Numbered from the stretch's first letter, positions 1-6,499 are shown. The stretch is 13,701 bases of DNA from Bacteriovoracaceae bacterium (GCA_049599895.1 JBMYPC010000083.1:1-13701); one strand, 5' to 3'. The notes: a model not told the origin generated them from the letters alone. Made by a program: numbers and translations.

Positions 1-64
1 TATCTAAAATATTAACACGAAAGGTGCATTTAAAACTTGCATTCTTTCATTGGAGGAAATAATT

Positions 65-331
65 ATGGCAACAAAACAGACAATTAGTTCACTAACTTTA
101 CCAAGCACTAAGATTGAAGTTATCAGTCTTACAGACAAAACCATGGTAAAGGATGGCAAAACCATTGAATGGAAAGAAGTTAAATTCTTATTTGATGGAG
201 ACCTTTTAACAGGGAGTACAAACAAAAACTCCAATGTAAAAGAAGGTAAGTGTCAAGCCAACTTTGAAATCGCCAATGGAGGCTCTGGACTTAAGTTCAA
301 ACTTCATTTTATTGATTCAACTACGGCTTAA
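65..331 (+). CDS. 88-aa protein, putative G5P/Pf3-type single-stranded DNA-binding protein (OB fold)
   Basis: GGAGG at 52-56 precedes ATG 65. Beta-rich pattern IEVISLTDKTMVKDGKTIEWKEVKFLF...VKEGKCQANFEI...LKFKLHF. Size and pattern recall inovirus SSBs, judged by eye only. Confidence 0.5.
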   Translation: MATKQTISSLTLPSTKIEVISLTDKTMVKDGKTIEWKEVKFLFDGDLLTGSTNKNSNVKEGKCQANFEIANGGSGLKFKLHFIDSTTA

Positions 332-334
332 CAG

Positions 335-358
335 AGGGTGGGGTCACCCCACCCTTTT
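335..358 (+). terminator. Intrinsic terminator after the 65-331 gene, overlapping the stop codon of the convergent ORF
   Basis: AGGGTGGGG (335-343), TCA loop, CCCCACCCT (347-355), running into a T-tract (355-358). The loop is the TGA stop of the minus-strand ORF. Confidence 0.7.
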
Positions 359-691
359 AAAATCTGGTTCAATGGGTACACCTTTGTCTATGGCAAACAT
401 GGCAAGTCGTAAATGAATGATGACAATAGTTTTATGGGTAAACACATAAGGTTCTTTTTTATTGTTTATATCAATCAAGATAACTGGATATTTTTCTTTT
501 AATTTCTTAAAGGCGGTCAAGCCTTGAATTTTATCTATACCTCTATGGAAACAAAAGCCATCGAGAAATTCATCAAGACAAACACAGTCTTTAGACTTTT
601 CTTCAAGCATAGCGATCTCGCCTTGTTGACAATACTTTTTAAAAAGAATAATTCCAACAAGGGTAATGAAAGCAATTATTAAATAGTTCAT
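344..691 (-). CDS. Hypothetical protein with N-terminal membrane anchor
   Basis: Probable start MNYLIIAFITLVGIILF at 691, with a GGGAGG SD and a TAATG overlap with the upstream stop. The ORF track start at 709 is less likely. Confidence 0.65.
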   Translation of the reverse strand: MNYLIIAFITLVGIILFKKYCQQGEIAMLEEKSKDCVCLDEFLDGFCFHRGIDKIQGLTAFKKLKEKYPVILIDINNKKEPYVFTHKTIVIIHLRLAMFAIDKGVPIEPDFKRVG

Positions 692-978
692 TACTGTAAC
701 CTCCCACAAACTTTTTTCATTTTAGGAATTTCAATACCTAAAACCTTCTTGCCGTAAATATTTTTACAGGCATATTTACCAATTTTATTAAAAGCGTTGG
801 TGACTTTTACCTCCTGAGCCTTTAAATGTTTTTCAATTTTTGGAGCATGGGCTTGTGGGTTTTGAAAAAATGCCACAATTGATGCCCAAGAACTTATTAA
901 GCCTACGGCAATCACTTTTCGATATCTAAAAATAAACTTACTTAAAAGATTTGCGAAAAAATATGTTATAAATCTCAT
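691..978 (-). CDS. Hypothetical basic protein with a hydrophobic segment
   Basis: 95-aa ORF coupled to the downstream gene by TAATG; hydrophobic stretch VIAVGLISSWASIVAFF. Confidence 0.6.
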   Translation of the reverse strand: MRFITYFFANLLSKFIFRYRKVIAVGLISSWASIVAFFQNPQAHAPKIEKHLKAQEVKVTNAFNKIGKYACKNIYGKKVLGIEIPKMKKVCGRLQ

Positions 979-1037
979 TTAAAACCCTTTGTTAAATACA
1001 ACCCATAAAACAACCCTTGATACAACAACACGCCCAA

Positions 1038-1226
1038 CTAGGACGCCTTTTTGTTCAATTCAAAAATTGCTGAATTGGTAATGTAGTTTAATTTTTTCTG
1101 TAAAAGCTTTACTGATACAGTTAGGCATTCGCCGTTTTCAAAAATGATAAGCAACTGGGCTTTAGATTTTGATGGAATAATTTTTACTGATTTAGAATCA
1201 AGGAATGTTAATTTTTTGTTTTTCAT
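1038..1226 (-). CDS. Small basic hypothetical protein (62 aa)
   Basis: Strong SD (TTGGAGG) immediately before the ATG; first gene of a three-ORF leftward cluster. Confidence 0.6.
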   Translation of the reverse strand: MKNKKLTFLDSKSVKIIPSKSKAQLLIIFENGECLTVSVKLLQKKLNYITNSAIFELNKKAS

Positions 1227-1444
1227 AAAACCTCCAATTTTGATGGGGCTTTCTAGAAATTAGGAATATTTTAGACACAAGAGCAGAGTTCAAAGAAAAG
1301 CCTCTTGTCAGGCTCAAATAGCCTGATTTAAGCCTAAAAATCATTAAATTGGGGTAATTTATGCTAAATAGCTGAAATTGCTTGGAAGAGCTAAAAATCG
1401 TGAACTTTTCAAATTAGGTGATCAGTAGACCATGGCCACTAGCG

Positions 1445-1469
1445 AAAAAGCCCACCAAAACAGTGGGCT
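1445..1469 (-). terminator. Rho-independent terminator of the repressor-lipoprotein operon
   Basis: Minus strand AGCCCAC-TGTTTTG-GTGGGCT followed by TTTT, 15 bp after the stop at 1485. Confidence 0.8.
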
Positions 1470-1484
1470 AATTATTTACTTTAC

Positions 1485-1931
1485 CTAATACCCGTATTTT
1501 TCCCAAAACTTCTCGGCACTCATTTCTTTAATTGAGTATTGATTGGTTAGAACGCCGGGGGAACAAAATTTAGATACTTGTCTTTTAGCGTCTGTGTTGG
1601 AATTAAATTTAAACTCATTGTTTTTATAAAAAAGAAAAACATGACAACTTTTACCATCATCTAAATTATAGGCATATCTGGCACTCTCTTTTGTAGAGTA
1701 AACCAAGGCATAGAAAAAACCTTTTTGATTAAAATACAAAGGACTCTTTTTATCTCCACCAAAAAATCCTTCATGGACAGGAGTTCCTAAAAGTTTCTTA
1801 ACCTCAACAGGGTTCTTGCCTTTGAGATTAGATTCAGCAATTCTTGCCTTGCTAACTCCAGAAACTTTTTCTCCAAGGCTACTACACGAAGCAAGTACAC
1901 CTAATAAAACTAAACTTAAAATAATTTTCAT
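1485..1931 (-). CDS. Lipoprotein with an SmpA/OmlA(BamE)-like motif
   Basis: Signal MKIILSLVLLGVLASC (lipobox LASC); KGKNPVEVKKLLGTP resembles the G-M-T-x-x-E-V-x-x-L-L-G-x-P motif; GGAG SD. Confidence 0.75.
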   Translation of the reverse strand: MKIILSLVLLGVLASCSSLGEKVSGVSKARIAESNLKGKNPVEVKKLLGTPVHEGFFGGDKKSPLYFNQKGFFYALVYSTKESARYAYNLDDGKSCHVFLFYKNNEFKFNSNTDAKRQVSKFCSPGVLTNQYSIKEMSAEKFWEKYGY

Positions 1932-1940
1932 AACAACTCC

Positions 1941-2396
1941 TTATTTTTTAAACTTCATGGTTAATAATTTATATTTGCCATCTTCTTTTGAATAAGTTGC
2001 TATAAAGTTTTTAGTTTTACTTGTGGGTTTATAGCCCTTCATTTTAGAAATCTTTTCATCAACAGAGGCAATGACTCTATCAACCTTATCAATACCCATC
2101 ATCATAACCCCTTGAACAATCCCACCAACTTTTTTAAATTCATGGGCGGTAACACTACCTTCAATTGTAAAATTGTTAGCGGAGATTTCCTCCTCTTTGG
2201 TTAGTTTAATTTCAACGTAATCACTTAACACTTCATACATTTTCAATTCTTTCTCATTGGCTACCGCTGGTAACTTCCCAGCTTTTCCAAAAAATGTTTT
2301 CATCATCACAAGGGATTTAATCTCCTTGGGTGTTCCTGATGAATTACACGCTGTGACCATTGCCATCATAAATAAAGTACAAAAAAGTTTTTTCAT
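1941..2396 (-). CDS. Lipoprotein, hypothetical
   Basis: Probable start at 2396 (MKKLFCTLFMMAMVTAC, lipobox VTAC) after a GGGAGGT SD at 2401-2407, directly after the HTH gene stop. Confidence 0.75.
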   Translation of the reverse strand: MKKLFCTLFMMAMVTACNSSGTPKEIKSLVMMKTFFGKAGKLPAVANEKELKMYEVLSDYVEIKLTKEEEISANNFTIEGSVTAHEFKKVGGIVQGVMMMGIDKVDRVIASVDEKISKMKGYKPTSKTKNFIATYSKEDGKYKLLTMKFKK

Positions 2397-2406
2397 TACT
2401 ACCTCC

Positions 2407-2706
2407 CTATTCTTTTCTAACTTCAATAAAATATTTTCGACCATCGTCTTTTAAGACAAATCTATTTAAAACCTTCTTTATCTTTTTACTTGTTCCAAAT
2501 AAAACCTCATCCAAAGTTAAACCATGGATGGAGGCTAATTTTTTGATATAAATCAAATTTTTGAACCCTGGAACTCTTCCCTCGTACCACTCAACCAAAG
2601 AAGTCTTTGGACAACCCAATTCTTTAGAGAGTGATATCAACTCTTCACGCCGGTAGTGGGCTTGAAGAAACTTTTTAACATTTACCATGTGCTTCTTGTC
2701 GGTCAT
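2407..2706 (-). CDS. XRE/Cro-CI family helix-turn-helix regulator (putative repressor)
   Basis: LISLSKELGCPKTSLVEWYEGRVP...IKKLASIHGLTLDEVLFG is a typical XRE HTH pattern; GAGG SD. Confidence 0.8.
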   Translation of the reverse strand: MTDKKHMVNVKKFLQAHYRREELISLSKELGCPKTSLVEWYEGRVPGFKNLIYIKKLASIHGLTLDEVLFGTSKKIKKVLNRFVLKDDGRKYFIEVRKE

Positions 2707-2730
2707 CCTCTAATCCTTGCCATCTATTTC

Positions 2731-2763
2731 CCGTAGCTCGTTGGACATATTCCGTGGCTCGTT
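2731..2763. promoter_or_regulatory. Putative operator: 12-bp direct repeat CCGTRGCTCGTT, two copies with a 21-bp period
   Basis: CCGTAGCTCGTT at 2731-2742 and CCGTGGCTCGTT at 2752-2763, lying between divergent HTH genes. Confidence 0.55.
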
Positions 2764-2838
2764 TTTGTTATCTATTGTGATTGTCGGTTCTAGTTTGAGT
2801 TTTACCTAGAAAGTTAAGTCAATCAGTGACATAATCAC

Positions 2839-3654
2839 TTGGGTATGGATGAAAGACAAAAGCTACTATTTTCCGTTAGAAAGTATTTGGGCATATCTCA
2901 AGCCCAGATGGCAAAACTTTTTGGTTTATCTCAAAGCAAGATAGCAAGGGCAGAGCTTGGTAAAACTCCCCTGTGGGACCATGAATGGAATAGATTTATC
3001 AAACAGGTTAATGCCAGTGAAAATTCTATCATTACCGATTGCTCAAACCTTAATCAGCTCTATAAAAAAATTCATCATGTAGAGAGAAATTCTTTTACCC
3101 CATCGGTAAAAATGCGAAGTATTGCCACCACTGTTAAATTTGTGAAAGAAGAATTAGGCAGGGAAAAAGAGCTACAAGAAGTTTTTAGTGAAGTGGGTGT
3201 CTTTGATAAATATCAAAACTTTTTAGACTTTAACGTTAATCCTCTTTTGTTTGAGCAAACCGCCAATATCATTTTTGAAAATAAAATTATTACCATGGAT
3301 GATTACGAACACTTAACCCTTAATCACATGATAAAAGAAATTATTCCTGAGAAAAATTGGGATTTATTTTCTAATAAAATTACTCCATTTCAACGATTGA
3401 AAGAGAGTTTTAAAAATCCTGAGCTGTATGTGGACTACCATCAATACTCCTATAGAGAATACAAAGACAAAATGATCATTTATCTAAATTATAAAATCCC
3501 AAGGGAATACCAAATGATCTCCATTTGTGAATATGAGACCAGTTACCTTGAAGTAGTTGCCAACTACGGTTTATCTACCCCAGCTTGCCAAGTAATTAAG
3601 GACAAATGCTACTTTAGAGGAGATGACCACTGCTCCTATATTGCCCGCCTATAA
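2839..3654 (+). CDS. XRE-family HTH regulator with C-terminal V4R-like domain
   Basis: N-terminus VRKYLGISQAQMAKLFGLSQSKIARAELGK (HTH). C-terminus ICEYETSYLE...KDKCYFRGDDHCSY matches the V4R-like C...C-x3-GD-x2-C pattern. The start may be ATG 2845. Confidence 0.75.
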   Translation: MGMDERQKLLFSVRKYLGISQAQMAKLFGLSQSKIARAELGKTPLWDHEWNRFIKQVNASENSIITDCSNLNQLYKKIHHVERNSFTPSVKMRSIATTVKFVKEELGREKELQEVFSEVGVFDKYQNFLDFNVNPLLFEQTANIIFENKIITMDDYEHLTLNHMIKEIIPEKNWDLFSNKITPFQRLKESFKNPELYVDYHQYSYREYKDKMIIYLNYKIPREYQMISICEYETSYLEVVANYGLSTPACQVIKDKCYFRGDDHCSYIARL

Positions 3655-3681
3655 TCTCTCAATTTCTCCATTTAACAATAC

Positions 3682-3975
3682 ATGAATGAAGAAAAATCAA
3701 AATGCTACTACCCTTACATAAAAAATCTAAAACTATGGTTCAAGATATTTCCCAAATTAAAAACAACAAAAGTCTGTGACTGTGGAACCATGCTAACGCT
3801 AGACAAACCTTTGTACTATAAGAAGCCAAGCAATATGGACTTTACAGGATGTACAGTAGGAATAACAGCTAGCAAACCTTGCTCATGCGGAAGAGGCTAT
3901 ACGGAGGGGATAGGAATAAATGAAAAACAAAGGAACTGGTTAAAAAATTATTTATTCAGTACAAAACAAATTTAA
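3682..3975 (+). CDS. Small Cys-rich protein, putative zinc ribbon
   Basis: 97 aa with CDCG and CSCG pairs; follows the HTH-V4R gene after a 27-bp gap. Confidence 0.6.
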   Translation: MNEEKSKCYYPYIKNLKLWFKIFPKLKTTKVCDCGTMLTLDKPLYYKKPSNMDFTGCTVGITASKPCSCGRGYTEGIGINEKQRNWLKNYLFSTKQI

Positions 3976-4461
3976 GCCTTTACACTTAATCACAAAGTCA
4001 TCATCGAAAAAATTACAAGCCTGTGCTTCCCTGTAATGTCTTTCTGACTCTAATACCTCTTCCTTGATAATTCTGTAGCCATTGCCCCTTCTTTGAACAA
4101 TCTCTCCGCCTTCTCTGGGTTCATTCACGCCAGCCACTGACCTCAATTCAGGCTCAGTGTTAATCCACAGCAAAACATCTCTAGCTCTTTCTTCTTCAGT
4201 GTCAAACTTAGGAACTAAGGTAAATCTAAAAGAATTATTCTCAAAAAAGATTGTGAAATTAAATTTATAGTCCCCAGAGGCGTAAATTTTAACAAGGGAT
4301 TCATTCTCAAAATGAGAAATAAGAACAATTCTCCTTTTCCCAAACCCTACCTCATTGGTATTACAAACTTTTGTTTTAACATAGCCTATAGGCGCCAACT
4401 CATCACGATTAATCAGAGTCCTAGCCCATTTATAAATCATACTTAATTCATCTTGTTCCAT
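3952..4461 (-). CDS. Hypothetical protein apparently coupled to the integrase
   Basis: Probable ATG at 4461 (MEQDELS...), 1 nt after the integrase TAG (4463-4465). Its 3' end overlaps the convergent Cys-rich ORF by 24 bp. Confidence 0.65.
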   Translation of the reverse strand: MEQDELSMIYKWARTLINRDELAPIGYVKTKVCNTNEVGFGKRRIVLISHFENESLVKIYASGDYKFNFTIFFENNSFRFTLVPKFDTEEERARDVLLWINTEPELRSVAGVNEPREGGEIVQRRGNGYRIIKEEVLESERHYREAQACNFFDDDFVIKCKGLNLFCTE

Positions 4462-4462
4462 A

Positions 4463-5788
4463 CTACCCCACCAATTTAAACTTAGGCTTACGACGCTTAC
4501 CACTTATATTCTTTTTCTTTTTAGTATCGTGGGTCATCTGTTCCCAAATGTGAAGATACTTCTCAAAACTATCTCCCCTGTGACCGCTAAAGGTACGCAC
4601 CAACAATGGGTCAAACAAATCACGACCCACCCAAAAAGTAATTCTAGTATGGCGACAACTATGGAAATTTTTATTTTTAATTTTTAATCTATTAAGGGTA
4701 TCAAAAAAATCTCTTCTTAATGGATTTTCCAAACCTCTTAATAGAAAATAATCATTTGGTTGTTTACTCCTATTAGGTAGTCCTGAATGAAAATCAAATT
4801 CATCCCATGCCCTATGGTAGTTCTCTTCTATTAATTGCCAAGTTGCTTTACATAAAATAGGAATTATTCTCTGATGGTCAGCCTTTGGTTTTCCCTTGTA
4901 CCCCTTTAGAGCTTTTCTCTTATTCTTATAACTGGCACCAATATGTAATCTTTTATCCTTAACTTTTTTTCCTTCTGCTAGTTGGTCAATTAAAGTTAAA
5001 CAGCCATAGACTTTATGGGGGTAATTTTGAAACCTCTTTTTTAAGTAATCTGGTATCTCTTCTGGAAACATAACAGACTCCATAGGAAGAGAATATAATT
5101 CATTGAACCGCATACCACTATGGTAAAGAATTTGGAAAAACTCTTTTGTTTCTTCTTTTAAATTTTCTAAAAGTAATTCGTATTCATCATCAGAAAAGAC
5201 AGCCTCAAGACCTCTAGTATTTTGTAAAGACCTTGGAAATGAGCGACACTTAAAATAATTTTCCTTTCTAAGTTTTTTACGCCACATCATCACGGTTAAA
5301 AATTTATTCAAAGTTCTAATGGCATGGTTTTTAGTTGAATAACTTATCAACTGGTCTTTACCTTTAATAGTAGCTTCATTCAAAAGCCAATCACGGTACT
5401 CTTCAAAGTAATCTTTCCAAGTGTTAATGTCTCGAAGACCTTTTTTAAGATGAAAAAAAGGAATGATAAATCTATCAATGTAAAGCATAGACGTTTGCCA
5501 AGAATTGGGAGCCTCTTCTTTTTGGGTAGCCTCAAACATATCCACCATTTTTTGAAAACTGGGGAACTTCTGTTTAGCTTTTAAATCCCTTAGAACGTCA
5601 GCGTGATATTTTAGGTGGGAAAACCTATGGCGGTTAGTATTAATCCACTCTTTACAATCCTCAAAGGTGTAAAAGTTATCAGGGTACTGCTTAGAGTCTA
5701 AATATTTATACCTACCCGTATCAGGGTCTTTATACCTGATGTAATACTTGATTTTACCACTAGCTAGTTTTTTACCTTGAGGAAACAT
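4463..5788 (-). CDS. int: Tyrosine recombinase/phage integrase
   Basis: Catalytic motifs SGMRFNELYSL (R), FHSCRHT (HxxR), FSGH and YLH (Y). Arm-binding-like N-terminus KYYIRYKDPDTGRYK, core-binding region STKNHAIRTLNKFL, AGGAG SD. Confidence 0.92.
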   Translation of the reverse strand: MFPQGKKLASGKIKYYIRYKDPDTGRYKYLDSKQYPDNFYTFEDCKEWINTNRHRFSHLKYHADVLRDLKAKQKFPSFQKMVDMFEATQKEEAPNSWQTSMLYIDRFIIPFFHLKKGLRDINTWKDYFEEYRDWLLNEATIKGKDQLISYSTKNHAIRTLNKFLTVMMWRKKLRKENYFKCRSFPRSLQNTRGLEAVFSDDEYELLLENLKEETKEFFQILYHSGMRFNELYSLPMESVMFPEEIPDYLKKRFQNYPHKVYGCLTLIDQLAEGKKVKDKRLHIGASYKNKRKALKGYKGKPKADHQRIIPILCKATWQLIEENYHRAWDEFDFHSGLPNRSKQPNDYFLLRGLENPLRRDFFDTLNRLKIKNKNFHSCRHTRITFWVGRDLFDPLLVRTFSGHRGDSFEKYLHIWEQMTHDTKKKKNISGKRRKPKFKLVG

Positions 5789-5843
5789 TCTCTACTCCTT
5801 GTTTACATATCGACAAAAAGCAGTGAAAACTAAAGAGCCAACA

Positions 5844-5869
5844 GACACCACCACACCACTGGTAGTGTC
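5844..5869. repeat. Inverted repeat in the att-proximal spacer
   Basis: GACACCACCA (5844-5853), 6-nt spacer, TGGTAGTGTC (5860-5869); 9 of 10 positions complementary. Confidence 0.55.
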
Positions 5870-5919
5870 AAAAACTCCACTTAAGCACCTGAAAATAAAG
5901 GATTTTCAAAAAAATGAAT

Positions 5920-6285
5920 TGGTGGAGGTGGCGAGAATCGAACTCGCGTCCGAAGCATCATCCAAGTAACGGCCTACGTGCGTAGTCTTCGGTTATCGTC
6001 AGAAGACAAGACTGTCTGGGTTTGTAAACCTAGCGAACCTCGGTGGCTTTTTACGAAGAGTCCCGACGGCTTCGGCTTTTAGTTTAACTGCAAAAACAAA
6101 TCAGCGTTGTTAACTTCTGTTTCTTGGATGTTAACCCCTCATGCTTGGGTATGCTATTAGGCAGCCATAGCAACAGGCTCAAAAGAGTCTGCAATTATGT
6201 TTTGATCGCCTTTTTACCGGGCCTGGCGATCAACCCGGACACGCCCATTAAAATTCAGATGCCCCGTCGAAACCAGTGCACCCCC
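5920..6285 (-). ncRNA. ssrA: tmRNA (transfer-messenger RNA), one-piece, 366 nt
   Basis: 5' end GGGGGTGCACTGGTTTCGACGGG and 3' end GGACGCGAGTTCGATTCTCGCCACCTCCACCA, with a G3-U acceptor wobble and T-arm. ATAATT precedes the GCA resume codon. Tag ADSFEPVAMAA (6160-6192) is followed by TAA TAG. Confidence 0.97.
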
Positions 6286-6291
6286 ATTCTG

Positions 6292-6389
6292 CGTTAAAAG
6301 TTGCCGTTTCCGGCAAGTTTTAATGCACGAGTGGATATAAAGATCCTCCTCACGTTAAAAGTTGCCGTTTCCGGCAAGTTTTGATGCAC
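6292..6389. repeat. Two tandem 37-bp palindromic repeats (61-bp period) immediately upstream of ssrA
   Basis: CGTTAAAAGTTGCCGTTTCCGGCAAGTTTTRATGCAC at 6292-6328 and 6353-6389, 1 mismatch. Each folds into a long hairpin with a GAAA loop on the minus strand. Confidence 0.9.
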
Positions 6390-6447
6390 AAGCGAAAGTA
6401 AGAACCACGCATCCATATCAAAACAACCTTCGCATAGAATATACTAA

Positions 6448-6474
6448 ACTATACCATATCAGTCCCGAATTCAA
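6448..6474 (-). promoter_or_regulatory. Putative sigma70 extended -10 promoter for ssrA
   Basis: Minus strand TG-G-TATAGT (6456-6448), with TTGAAT (6474-6469) 15 bp upstream of the -10 hexamer. Confidence 0.45.
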
Positions 6475-6499
6475 CTCCAAGAACTTTTAGCACCAAAAA

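Larger units (their letters stand above)
1..5919. mobile_element. One end of an integrative element/prophage inserted at the 3' end of tmRNA; extends beyond the left edge of the window
   Basis: A tyrosine integrase starts 131 bp downstream of the tmRNA CCA end. It is followed by an XRE regulator pair, lipoproteins and small orphan ORFs, and the DNA is visibly more AT-rich than right of ssrA. No second copy of the tmRNA 3' end was seen in the window. Confidence 0.8.

Noticed and set aside
4..234. 76-aa minus-strand ORF
   Set aside because: Antisense shadow of the 65-331 gene, which has the strong SD and terminator.
979..1037. Short (A/C)AACCC repeats between small ORFs as possible iterons
   Set aside because: Too short and irregularly spaced to distinguish from chance.
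2257..2454. 65-aa plus-strand ORF
   Set aside because: Antisense to the lipoprotein and HTH genes; no independent signals.
5920..5950. Stand-alone tRNA gene
   Set aside because: The T-arm and CCA end pair with the 5' end at 6285 and enclose a tag reading frame, so this is the tRNA-like domain of tmRNA.
6292..6389. CRISPR mini-array (37-bp repeats, 24-bp spacer)
   Set aside because: Only two repeats, a short spacer that resembles the sequence after the second repeat, a palindrome spanning the whole repeat, and no cas genes in the window.
6289..6392. c-di-GMP-I (GEMM) riboswitch, suggested by the GAAA-capped stem
   Set aside because: Lacks the GGCAAAC...GACGCAAAGC context and the second receptor stem.
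6294..6416. About 40-codon minus-strand ORF (MDAWFLLSL...) across the hairpins
   Set aside because: No convincing SD, and the 61-bp period puts the two repeats in different frames.
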